Counted from the first letter of the stretch, positions 8,485 to 16,112 are shown. The stretch is 24,000 nt of DNA from Cenarchaeum symbiosum A (GCA_000200715.1 DP000238.1:470154-494153), one strand, 5' to 3'. Program-made: numbers and translations. Notes: generated from the letters alone by a model not told the origin.

Positions 8485-9117
8485 CTACCAGGAGGGCTCG
8501 TCCCTCATGACTGGCCTGCCGTCCACCACCTCAAAGCCCATGATCTTTAGAGCAGAGGCGGCAGTATCCGAGCCCCTGTCGAGTATCTTGGCTGCAAGCT
8601 CCGCGCGCTCTTTGGTGTCAAGGTGCTGGCCTATCTTGTATTTTCCCCGCATGCTGTGCGGCACCACCTTGATTATCTCCAGGTGCCCGAGCACCTCGTC
8701 TCCGGGCTTTACAGGGTCGTACCTGCCTTCTGGCTGGTACTTTGCCATCAGCCCGTTGAGCGCTGCAGCCTTCTCTGCTGTATCGTCTATTAGCTCCGCC
8801 CTGCCCTTTATGACCACGCTGACATACAGTGTATCGGCGACTGATGCGTCATGCGGATCCTCAAAGTAAGAGGGCAGAAACTCCACCTCCCTGTCCACCT
8901 CAAAGCCCGCCCGGGAATCCCTCCTTATGTTGTCGAGCTTTTCGCCCTTTACGTGCGAGTGCATGTATACCGCATCTTTCATGTACACAAAGTTCATGGG
9001 TATGACCTGCGGGTATCCGTCGGCATCTACAGTTGATATGCGGCCCACGTGCTCTTCCCCGAGAAACTCGATGATCCTCTCCTCTGAGCGGATCTCCAGC
9101 CTGCCTAGCAGCTGCAT
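8485..9117 (-). CDS. Pyridoxamine 5'-phosphate oxidase-like / flavin-deazaflavin split-barrel family protein
   Basis: The 210-aa N-terminal region (EFLGEEHVGRISTVDADGYPQVIPMNFVY...VYMHS) is typical of PNPOx-like FMN/F420-binding split beta-barrel proteins. Its ATG lies 3 nt after the stop of the upstream gene. Confidence 0.7.
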   Translation of the reverse strand: MQLLGRLEIRSEERIIEFLGEEHVGRISTVDADGYPQVIPMNFVYMKDAVYMHSHVKGEKLDNIRRDSRAGFEVDREVEFLPSYFEDPHDASVADTLYVSVVIKGRAELIDDTAEKAAALNGLMAKYQPEGRYDPVKPGDEVLGHLEIIKVVPHSMRGKYKIGQHLDTKERAELAAKILDRGSDTAASALKIMGFEVVDGRPVMRDEPSW

Positions 9118-9120
9118 GGC

Positions 9121-10293
9121 CTATTTCTGTTCGCGCAGGTGGGGCATTACATGCGTGGCGAACTTGTCGATGCTGCCGAAATAGTCCTTGCCCCAGAACC
9201 GTATCACAAAGTGGTTTACGCCCGCCTTGAGGAAGCGCTCAAAGGTGGGTATGACATCATCGGGCGTCCCTATCGCGGTGGACGAGCGCGCCACGCCGTC
9301 GGGTATCCTGGTGGCAGCCTCCCTCATCTTTACTATCCATTCCTGGTTGGACATTGAATACTCTGTAAAGTACTTGACAAAGTCAAAGCCCTCTATCTCC
9401 TTGAGGTTGTGCACCCTGAGCACCTCGGGCTTGAAGAGGCTCACCTTGACTGCCTCTTTCATCCTTGCCCACGATTCTTCGGCATCTTCTGAAAAGTACA
9501 CGTCTATGTCGAGCGCCATCTGAAAGTTCTCCTTTTCCTCTTCGGTCCTGTCGTGCTTTTTCATCGAATCCACTATCTGGCCCCTGTGGTCCTCGAATAG
9601 CTCCGGCGTGTACCCTATGGGGAGCCACCCGTCGCCGAGCTTGCCGGTCAGCATGAGGGTCCTCTTGCCGCCGGACGCCATGTACGTGGGCGGGTGCGGC
9701 TTTCTTATGGGCGGCGCCTGCAGGCAGGCCCCCTTGAGGTCATAGTACTTGCCGGAATAGTCGACTGTATTATCCGGGCTCGAGCTGTACAGCGCCTTTA
9801 TCACCTCTATCTGCTCCTCCCACTTGGAGACCGGCTTTTCAAATGGAATGCAGAACTCTTTTAGATTCTGCGCCTCGCCGGCGCCTATCCCGAGTATGGC
9901 CCTTCCCTTGGAGACCCTGTCCAGGGTTATGGCGGCAAGGGCTATGTTGGAGGGGTGCCGCCTTATCGCATCGGTCACACATGTGCCTATCTCTACATTG
10001 TTGGTTATCGCCGCTATCGCCGAGAGCATGACCCAGGGGTCGAGCACTATGGCCTTTTTCCACTGGGGGACGTTTGTATGGTCCATGTAGAATATCGAAT
10101 CATAGCCGGTCTTGTCGGCAAGTATGCATGCGGTCAGTATCTGGTCTTCTGTATACCCGGCCCTTGCCACGTTGAGGCCGTTTTGTATGCCGAACTTTAT
10201 CCTGTTCATGTACCCTTGGCTGCTGTACTTCTGTGGTAAATAAGTTTGGCTGGGATTCAGGCTCTCATCCGTAAATGGCTTGGCATCAGGCAC
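9121..10293 (-). CDS. Luciferase-like monooxygenase (LLM) family oxidoreductase, possibly F420-dependent
   Basis: LLM/TIM-barrel hallmarks are present (KFGIQ N-terminus, FYMDH, GRAILGIGAGE). The track start is GTG 10293, 7 nt after the upstream stop. ATG 10209 (MNRIKFGIQ...) gives the canonical LLM N-terminus and is the more typical start. Confidence 0.8.
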   Translation of the reverse strand: MPDAKPFTDESLNPSQTYLPQKYSSQGYMNRIKFGIQNGLNVARAGYTEDQILTACILADKTGYDSIFYMDHTNVPQWKKAIVLDPWVMLSAIAAITNNVEIGTCVTDAIRRHPSNIALAAITLDRVSKGRAILGIGAGEAQNLKEFCIPFEKPVSKWEEQIEVIKALYSSSPDNTVDYSGKYYDLKGACLQAPPIRKPHPPTYMASGGKRTLMLTGKLGDGWLPIGYTPELFEDHRGQIVDSMKKHDRTEEEKENFQMALDIDVYFSEDAEESWARMKEAVKVSLFKPEVLRVHNLKEIEGFDFVKYFTEYSMSNQEWIVKMREAATRIPDGVARSSTAIGTPDDVIPTFERFLKAGVNHFVIRFWGKDYFGSIDKFATHVMPHLREQK

Positions 10294-10300
10294 GGGATGC

Positions 10301-11245
10301 TCAGAGGTCGCCTGACTTTATCCGCTCGAGGCACTTTATCACGTCCTGCTTTGCTATGGGGACGGGGTTGGGATCGAGGTGCCCCTTGTCGGTCATTACC
10401 ACGTCTGCCGCCTCTGATATGTCCGCCTTGAGATCGAGCCTCTCAAAGCCGAGCTTTTCCATGCATTCCTTGAACCGGCCGTAGAACTTTGAGTTGTTGT
10501 GCTTGTGGGCTACAGTAGTGCATGACGAGAGAGAATATCCGTGGGGGACGCCCTCGTTGGAGAATACGTATGATAGCGCGTGGCCAAGCGTGGTCGAGCA
10601 GTTCCCAAAGCCCATCCCGGAGAGCATCGAGCCGTACGGGTATTCCTTGGTGTTGCCGCTCATTATCGCATCGTACAGTATGTTAAACGCCCTCTCGCAT
10701 AGGCCCCTGGTATAGTCGTTTCCGAGCTTGCTGTCGTACCCTTCGGTGGCCTGGGCGCACGCGTCGCATACGGAGTTGTTTACTATCTGCTGGGGAGTCC
10801 CGTCGAGAAAGTACGAATCCACCACCGCCATGTCTGCGAGGAACCTGTCCTCGCGGAGCAGCTTCTTTTTTCCGTCAAACTTTAGCACGCAGTAGGTGGT
10901 CATCTCGGCGCCCGTGCCAAAGGTTGTCGGTATGAGGATCTTTTCGACGCCAAAGTCGCGCGCCGAATACTTTACAACGTCAAGCGAGCTTCCGCCGCCG
11001 AGGCCTATCAGGACCGACGGCTTTTTGTCCTTGAACTCGGCTATGAGGGCCTGCGAGTCCTCGACCGACGGCTCGGGGTTTACCTTGTCGTACAACATGT
11101 AGTCCTTTATCTCCATTTTTGCCAGCCACTTTTCAGAGAGGGCGGGCGCTGCGGTGGTCACGACTAGCGCATTGGCTGGGTACTCTGTCTCTGCGAGCGC
11201 GTTTTCGCCAAAGTTGATCATCTTTGGGATTCGTACAGTGTGCAT
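10301..11245 (-). CDS. Iron-containing alcohol dehydrogenase family protein (short form, 314 aa)
   Basis: The product has the GLGGGSSLDVVKY dinucleotide-binding loop, IPTTFGTGAEMT, DACAQATEGY and LGHALSY...VPHG metal-ligand regions characteristic of the Fe-ADH family. Confidence 0.8.
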   Translation of the reverse strand: MHTVRIPKMINFGENALAETEYPANALVVTTAAPALSEKWLAKMEIKDYMLYDKVNPEPSVEDSQALIAEFKDKKPSVLIGLGGGSSLDVVKYSARDFGVEKILIPTTFGTGAEMTTYCVLKFDGKKKLLREDRFLADMAVVDSYFLDGTPQQIVNNSVCDACAQATEGYDSKLGNDYTRGLCERAFNILYDAIMSGNTKEYPYGSMLSGMGFGNCSTTLGHALSYVFSNEGVPHGYSLSSCTTVAHKHNNSKFYGRFKECMEKLGFERLDLKADISEAADVVMTDKGHLDPNPVPIAKQDVIKCLERIKSGDL

Positions 11246-11267
11246 GGGGAATAGCCGTGGGGGATTG

Positions 11268-11276
11268 TTATTATAT
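11268..11276 (-). promoter_or_regulatory. TATA box (ATATAATAA on the minus strand) for the Fe-ADH gene
   Basis: The box is centred about 27 nt upstream of ATG 11245. Confidence 0.45.
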
Positions 11277-11367
11277 CATGCTATGGGCGTGCGGGAACAG
11301 CCTGCATGATGGGTTGTCTGCGGGGTCCTGGAGGCCGGTTTGGCGCGGCTGTCATGCCGCGGGCGGC

Positions 11368-11550
11368 CTACCTTCTCCTTCTTCTCTGTCCCGGCTTGTT
11401 CTGGCCGGGGAAGCGGTTTAGGACCAGACGTTTTCTATAGTTGCTCCTGTTCTGGACGCTTGCGTTGGTGCCGGTCTTTTTTCTTCCCTCGATCTTGGGC
11501 GTCTGGCTTCTGACCTTTCCGGCCTTTGTAAGCGATCCGTGAGTTGCCAT
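11368..11550 (-). CDS. rps30e: 30S ribosomal protein S30e (eS30)
   Basis: The 60-aa basic protein begins MATHGSLTKAGKVRSQTPKIEGRKK, matching the conserved HGSLxKAGKVRxQTPK core of eS30. Confidence 0.85.
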   Translation of the reverse strand: MATHGSLTKAGKVRSQTPKIEGRKKTGTNASVQNRSNYRKRLVLNRFPGQNKPGQRRRRR

Positions 11551-11572
11551 GATAATACGGTCCGCCGGTGCG

Positions 11573-11580
11573 ATTTATAC
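11573..11580 (-). promoter_or_regulatory. TATA box (GTATAAAT on the minus strand) for rps30e; near-palindromic and so possibly bidirectional
   Basis: The box is centred about 27 nt upstream of the rps30e ATG (11550). Read on the + strand (ATTTATAC), it sits about 24 nt upstream of the hairpin that starts at 11600. Confidence 0.45.
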
Positions 11581-11599
11581 ATTTGGAACAGGGCTGTGG

Positions 11600-11652
11600 G
11601 TGCCTGGCTGGGCAAGGCCCGGCTTCAGGCACGGATTGCACCCTTGTTTTTT
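11600..11652 (+). other. Strong 14-bp hairpin followed by a T6 tract (terminator-like element or roughly 50-nt small RNA)
   Basis: GTGCCTG-GCTGGGC-AAG-GCCCGGC-TT-CAGGCAC (11600-11632) folds as 7+7 bp with a 2-nt bulge. A T6 tract follows at 11647-11652. No + strand gene lies upstream of it. Confidence 0.3.
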
Positions 11653-11684
11653 CCCACGCCTGAACTTACATGACATACGTGAAG

Positions 11685-11693
11685 TTTTTTATA
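11685..11693 (+). promoter_or_regulatory. TATA box (TTTTTTATA) upstream of the 47-codon ORF
   Basis: The box is centred about 27 nt upstream of ATG 11716. Confidence 0.35.
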
Positions 11694-11715
11694 CCGAAAG
11701 AATACACACCTATTG

Positions 11716-11859
11716 ATGGATGACAGCACCAACCCTCGAGATGAGGCGCCAGGAAACACACCCGGATCAGACAAGGATGTCAAAAAGGGTAAAGAACAAG
11801 TCGTATATTTCGACGGCACAGAGGAATTTATGACTGTGGTAATTCACGTTCCACCCTAG
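11716..11859 (+). CDS. Small hypothetical ORF (47 aa), absent from the ORF track
   Basis: Hand translation gives MDDSTNPRDEAPGNTPGSDKDVKKGKEQVVYFDGTEEFMTVVIHVPP followed by a stop. It has an ATG with a canonically spaced TATA box and lies in the low-GC islet. I recognise no homology. Confidence 0.25.
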   Translation: MDDSTNPRDEAPGNTPGSDKDVKKGKEQVVYFDGTEEFMTVVIHVPP

Positions 11860-11924
11860 TTTGCTTGCAGCACCGTGAATATTTGCAGGCTAGTGACGTC
11901 CAAAAGACACAGTCTGCATGATTT

Positions 11925-12365
11925 TTATGTATTCGGCAGGTATAGGACTCTCGACGACCTTAAATCGGACAGATAGATCCGATCTCCTTTGGGATCAAAG
12001 AGACTAGTCCGTGATATCCTGTTCAGATTTAAGTGAAAGACTATTCCCACGTTGTTGTCCAAGGTGTATTCCGACGCTTCGTACGACATTGTCTCATACC
12101 GGCATACCCTCTTTTCAATATTTTCCATTAATTGTGACGGGGTATGAGGTGTTTGATCTTTTTCTCCTTGTTTGGAAGTGTGACATAGTACAACTCTCAT
12201 ATTGTGGATATCGCAGTGATACGCCACTGCCCCCAAACTGTCGGTTTCCACCCAGACGGACCTCAGCGTATTGCGTGTCTTTAACTTGGTACCATCTTCC
12301 AATTCATATACATTCCACCTCTCCTTAACCACTTCAAAGTCGATGTATCTCCTTTCTTCAGTCAT
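11925..12365 (-). CDS. Hypothetical protein (146 aa) in the low-GC islet
   Basis: This is an ATG-initiated ORF with a TATA box at the right spacing. Individual 60-nt lines inside it count about 38-42% GC, against about 60-68% in the flanking genes. I recognise no family. Confidence 0.55.
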   Translation of the reverse strand: MTEERRYIDFEVVKERWNVYELEDGTKLKTRNTLRSVWVETDSLGAVAYHCDIHNMRVVLCHTSKQGEKDQTPHTPSQLMENIEKRVCRYETMSYEASEYTLDNNVGIVFHLNLNRISRTSLFDPKGDRIYLSDLRSSRVLYLPNT

Positions 12366-12385
12366 AGCCGTTCAACCTATGCTTA

Positions 12386-12397
12386 AAATATAAAAAC
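12386..12397 (-). promoter_or_regulatory. TATA box (TTTTTATATTTT on the minus strand) for the 146-aa ORF; its T-run may also terminate the upstream radical SAM gene
   Basis: The box is centred about 26 nt upstream of ATG 12365. It is preceded, in the minus sense, by a small CGGGC-AGG-GCCCG hairpin (12407-12419) just past the radical SAM stop. Confidence 0.4.
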
Positions 12398-12427
12398 CCT
12401 TAGAAACGGGCAGGGCCCGCTGACGCC

Positions 12428-14152
12428 CTACCAGTACTTTGCCTTGATCTTCTCGATTACCAGCTCGTGCTCGCGGCTCTTGCGGCGCGCGTACTTTTCC
12501 ATGGCTGTAAGGGGGACGCCCCCGAGCGAGCGGGCTATCGCGTTAAAGAAGAGCTTTTTGGCGCTGTTGCCGCCGCCGGTCTTTGTCATGAACTTTTGTA
12601 TCCCGTACTTGAAGTTGTGCTGCCACGTCTTGTACATGACTCCCAGCTGCGCGGGATCCATCTCGTTGCCTATGTTGAAAAAGTCGGACTTTTCAAGCAG
12701 GCCTATCGGGACAAATGTAAGCGGGGTGGTGGTAAACATAGAGTCCGGCTGCTCGGTCTCGAGATCGCTTATCAGCTGTATGGTCTCCCACGAGTCTTCT
12801 GGCGTCTCGTCATTGTTGAGCCCCATTATCAGGGTAAACGCAGGCACCCAATAGTCCTGGTTGAGAGTCTTTACCCCCTCCTTTACCAGCCAGTGCCACT
12901 CGCTTGGCTTGTACGGCGCAAGCTTCCTGTCTGCGTACTTTTCTATCAGGCGCAGGCTGCCCGTCTCAAAGCCTACCTGTATTCCCGTCATGTTCTCGGG
13001 GCCCGATTTTATTATCTTGGACAGCATGGGTATGAGCTTTTCGTCGGCCACCGCGCCAGCGAGCGTCCCGTGTGTCGGGTTTGTATGCTTTACACCTGCG
13101 GACATTACGCCCTTGAAGAGATCAACCAGCGCGTCCCTGTTGGGCTCCATGCCCTTGCTGGTCCTGGGGTTCATCCCGTATACGAATATGTCGTCGCTGT
13201 GGATCCACGCGGAGGTCTGGCCGAACCTTTTGTTCACCTCTATCTCCCTCTTGACCTTCTCCGGGGGATAGTACCGGAGTGCCCTGAGTGTAACATCACA
13301 GAACTTGCAGCCCCTGCCGCAGCCCCTCATCACCTCTATCATGCCGTGCATGCTCGGCTCTACTATCTCGGGGATCTCATCGAGCTCCGGCCTGTCCCAA
13401 AAGTTGACAAACCTGCCGTGTATTTTCTCGCCTTCATTGTCAAACTCCTTCATGTTGACGCGGAAGTTGCCGCTCATCCTGGACTGGTCGGTATACTCAA
13501 AGTCGCCGTTTATCAGGTGCCTAAAGAACTGGCCCGCGTGGCCGTCAATCTCTGGCGCTATCCCGCCAAGCTCGCCTTCTAGCACGGCATACAGGCCGTA
13601 CTCCTTTATCTTTTCTGGAGCATAATTGTACTGCCAGGTCCCCGAGGCGCCCACTATCACCTTTGCCTTGCTGCCGGTCTTTTCCTTGGCCGCAAGTATC
13701 CTCCTGTGGATCTCCCTGTTGTAATACTCGTCGTATGACATCTGCTTTCGTCCGTACGTAAACGTCATGGTGACGGGGCCCATGCCCAGCGGGTCCATCT
13801 CGTAGGTGCCCACCGCTTCCGTCTCCGGCCCTATGAACTGCTCTATATGATCTGGATGCGCCACTACGACCTCCTCCCTCTCGAAGCCGTCGCGGAGCAG
13901 GCCTGCCTCGACCTTTCTCAGGCCGTAGGGCGCATAGTCGGCCACGCCGTTGTGGTGAGGTATGTAATTGCAGATAAAGTCAAAGAGGACCTTGGGCGTG
14001 ACCTGGTTCTTTAGTATCTTGTACCAAAAACTCTTGGGGTCGCGGTTGGGGTCGAGCGCCGGGGCGCACCCAAAGAACGTGGCAAGCGAGATGTTCCTGT
14101 ACGGCGACATCAGTGTACGATCCGCACTTAGAACAATCTTGGGGTGGCCCAT
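12428..14152 (-). CDS. Radical SAM domain protein (large, about 574 aa)
   Basis: A CxxxCxxC cluster motif sits in MRGCGRGCKFCDVT, in the middle of a long protein with an N-terminal Rossmann-like region (KIVLSADRTLMS...). The track ORF starts at TTG 14197, but that extension contains a TATA box at 14182-14188, so ATG 14152 (MGHPKIVLSADR) is preferred. Confidence 0.8.
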   Translation of the reverse strand: MGHPKIVLSADRTLMSPYRNISLATFFGCAPALDPNRDPKSFWYKILKNQVTPKVLFDFICNYIPHHNGVADYAPYGLRKVEAGLLRDGFEREEVVVAHPDHIEQFIGPETEAVGTYEMDPLGMGPVTMTFTYGRKQMSYDEYYNREIHRRILAAKEKTGSKAKVIVGASGTWQYNYAPEKIKEYGLYAVLEGELGGIAPEIDGHAGQFFRHLINGDFEYTDQSRMSGNFRVNMKEFDNEGEKIHGRFVNFWDRPELDEIPEIVEPSMHGMIEVMRGCGRGCKFCDVTLRALRYYPPEKVKREIEVNKRFGQTSAWIHSDDIFVYGMNPRTSKGMEPNRDALVDLFKGVMSAGVKHTNPTHGTLAGAVADEKLIPMLSKIIKSGPENMTGIQVGFETGSLRLIEKYADRKLAPYKPSEWHWLVKEGVKTLNQDYWVPAFTLIMGLNNDETPEDSWETIQLISDLETEQPDSMFTTTPLTFVPIGLLEKSDFFNIGNEMDPAQLGVMYKTWQHNFKYGIQKFMTKTGGGNSAKKLFFNAIARSLGGVPLTAMEKYARRKSREHELVIEKIKAKYW

Positions 14153-14181
14153 GCTACTCAAGGCAATCGATTGCAGATTGG

Positions 14182-14188
14182 TTTTAAA
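14182..14188 (-). promoter_or_regulatory. TATA box (TTTAAAA on the minus strand) for the radical SAM gene
   Basis: The box is centred about 33 nt upstream of ATG 14152, implying a very short leader. Confidence 0.35.
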
Positions 14189-14314
14189 CCTTATCAACTA
14201 GATCTCTGGCCCGCAGGCACGCCCTATCTGCCCCGATCAGGCCCTACATGACGCCTAGAAAGGCCCCCCGGGGGAAAAGGCAGCCAGATACCGCTCTACC
14301 CTGGACGCCGGGCC

Positions 14315-15097
14315 CTACACATTGCGGACCGTGCCGGACTTGTCGCGAAAGACGCTCCCAAACTCGGAATTTGCGATCAGGTGTTTGCCGTCAAAGACCG
14401 CCCCGTCGGTACATACAAGATCCTCCCCCATGCAGCAGCTCCCGCATATGCCTACACCGCACTTCATCACCCTCTCTACGCTGGCCTGCACGGGTATACC
14501 CCGTGAATCTGCCGCCCGGACCACCGCGTGCATCATGGGCTCCGGCCCGCAGGTGTACACGGCATCCGGCTTTTCATCCAGCATTCCTTCAAGCTCGTCT
14601 GTTACCCTGCCCTGTCTTCCGTACGAGCCGTCCTCGGTAGTAACCACTATCCTGTGCGGTACATCCCCTGCCAGCCTGCCGGCGAGCCCCTCAAAGAACA
14701 CCTCTTTTTCCGTCTGGGCCCCAATCAATACATCAACGTGAGAGGCGCTGCCCAGCCGGGAGAGCAGCCTCATCAGGGGAGACATTCCCGTGCCGCCGCC
14801 AACAAGCAGGGCCCTGCCCTGTGTGGCCTCAAACGCCCTCCCATAGGGCCCCCTGACTCCTATGAGGCCGCCCTTGGCCGTATCGTAGAGTCCAGTCGAT
14901 GCAGCCCCGCGCCTTCTTACAGTAAATGCCGCCATGCCGGGCTCTTCTGCCGCCATTACACTCATGGGAAGCTCCCCTGCTCCCGGCACCCAGACCATGG
15001 CAAACTGCCCCGGCAGCGCCCCCTCCATTATGTCATCCTGGAAGAGCAGCGTGCGCACGGTCGGCGTCTCGTCTATCACCCGCTCTATCTCCATCAT
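14315..15097 (-). CDS. pyrK: Dihydroorotate dehydrogenase (type 1B) electron-transfer subunit PyrK
   Basis: The product has an FAD/NAD-binding ferredoxin-reductase fold (MMEIERVIDETPTVRTLLF..., LLVGGGTGMSP) and a C-terminal 2Fe-2S motif (MKCGVGICGSCC). It lies immediately downstream of pyrD. ATG 15097 is preferred; the track's TTG 15121 would overlap pyrD by 14 nt. Confidence 0.88.
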   Translation of the reverse strand: MMEIERVIDETPTVRTLLFQDDIMEGALPGQFAMVWVPGAGELPMSVMAAEEPGMAAFTVRRRGAASTGLYDTAKGGLIGVRGPYGRAFEATQGRALLVGGGTGMSPLMRLLSRLGSASHVDVLIGAQTEKEVFFEGLAGRLAGDVPHRIVVTTEDGSYGRQGRVTDELEGMLDEKPDAVYTCGPEPMMHAVVRAADSRGIPVQASVERVMKCGVGICGSCCMGEDLVCTDGAVFDGKHLIANSEFGSVFRDKSGTVRNV

Positions 15098-15107
15098 GGC
15101 GGGCCTG

Positions 15108-16007
15108 TCACGTTCGCGCAAGACCCACCATCTCCTTTACGCTGCCAAAGCCGTTTCTCTCCATGTACCCTAAAATGCCCGCGTTGATCTCCCCGAATAT
15201 GCCTATCCTCCCGCCCGCGGCGCTCCCCACCTGTACAGCGCAGGCGCCTGCCAGCATCATCTCTATTGCATCCTCCCATGACGAGACGCCCCCGCATCCT
15301 ATAACGGGCACGTCATACTTTGACGCCAACTCCCAGACGCACCTGACAGCTATGGGCCTTATCGGCGGCCCCGAGAGCCCCCCAAAGCCGTTGCTGAGCA
15401 CCGGCTTTTTTGCCTCTACATCTATCGACATTGCACGCACTGTGTTTATTGCAGTTATCGCGTCGGCGCCGGCCTCTGCTGCCGCCCCCGCAGTCTTGAT
15501 GTAATGTGTGGACCCGAGTCCCACCTTTGCAAAGACGGGCACATCGGCTGCCCGCTTTGCAGCAGATACTATCTCGCCTACCAGCCCCGGGTCGTCGCCC
15601 ACCTCGAGGCCCACCTTTGCCACGTGAGGGCACGACAGGTTGATCTCAAATGCGGCCGCCCCGTCCCTGAACTCTTTTATCATTGATACAAACTCGGCGG
15701 GAGCAGAACCCACGAGACTTACCACCGCCGGCAGGCCCTGCCCCTTTAGCATGCCTGCAAAGGCGGAAGCACCTGGATTGGAGAGGCCGACTGCGTTGAG
15801 CCATCCGCCCCCGCCCGTCCCCGTTATGGTCGGATTGGAGTAGCCCTCCCACGGCTCGCGGCTGAGCGACTTTGTCACCACCGCGCCCGCTCCCGCCCCG
15901 AGCACTCTGCGGAACACATCAACTGATATTCCCAGTATACCCGATGCCAGCATCGCGGGCCTTTCCATGACAAGCGGGCCCACCCTTGTCTCGAGGCTCG
16001 GCTTCAC
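15108..16007 (-). CDS. pyrD: Dihydroorotate dehydrogenase catalytic subunit PyrD (class 1B)
   Basis: The 299-aa TIM-barrel protein has RPAMLASGILG, EINLSCPH, ITAINT and IGCGGV motifs typical of class 1 DHODH. The GTG start at 16007 is needed to include the conserved N-terminal strand. Confidence 0.9.
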   Translation of the reverse strand: MKPSLETRVGPLVMERPAMLASGILGISVDVFRRVLGAGAGAVVTKSLSREPWEGYSNPTITGTGGGGWLNAVGLSNPGASAFAGMLKGQGLPAVVSLVGSAPAEFVSMIKEFRDGAAAFEINLSCPHVAKVGLEVGDDPGLVGEIVSAAKRAADVPVFAKVGLGSTHYIKTAGAAAEAGADAITAINTVRAMSIDVEAKKPVLSNGFGGLSGPPIRPIAVRCVWELASKYDVPVIGCGGVSSWEDAIEMMLAGACAVQVGSAAGGRIGIFGEINAGILGYMERNGFGSVKEMVGLART

Positions 16008-16028
16008 CGCGGCCGGTGCGGCCCCTCT

Positions 16029-16036
16029 GAATATAA
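16029..16036 (-). promoter_or_regulatory. TATA box (TTATATTC on the minus strand) for pyrD-pyrK
   Basis: The box is centred about 26 nt upstream of GTG 16007. It forms a divergent pair with the nop5 promoter. Confidence 0.4.
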
Positions 16037-16081
16037 CGCTTGGGCAGCGGCCCTGCGCGCAGGCCGGGCGCCGCTGGTAGG

Positions 16082-16089
16082 CTTTTTAA
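16082..16089 (+). promoter_or_regulatory. TATA box (CTTTTTAA) for nop5-flpA
   Basis: The box is centred about 27 nt upstream of ATG 16113. Confidence 0.45.
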
Positions 16090-16112
16090 CGGAGGCATGG
16101 CGGGATCGCGCC

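Noticed and set aside
11625-11819. A 64-aa minus-strand ORF (GTG start) in the rps30e-islet intergenic region
   Set aside because: It has no TATA box at the appropriate distance and uses a GTG start. It overlaps the better-contextualised 47-codon + ORF, and its hydrophobic, Ser-rich translation has no recognisable features.
11607-12422. The similar 12-mers GGGCAAGGCCCG (11610-11621) and GGGCAGGGCCCG (12408-12419) as att-like direct repeats bounding the low-GC islet
   Set aside because: The match is only 11/12 in GC-rich sequence. Both copies are tips of local hairpins that are plausibly terminator or structural elements, and no integrase or recombinase is present. They are kept only as a note within the islet finding.
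12467-13582. A 371-aa + strand ORF opposite the radical SAM gene
   Set aside because: It is an antisense shadow. The minus-strand frame carries the CxxxCxxC radical SAM motif and coherent domain structure, while the + frame is compositionally odd (Leu/Val/Arg/Tyr-rich).
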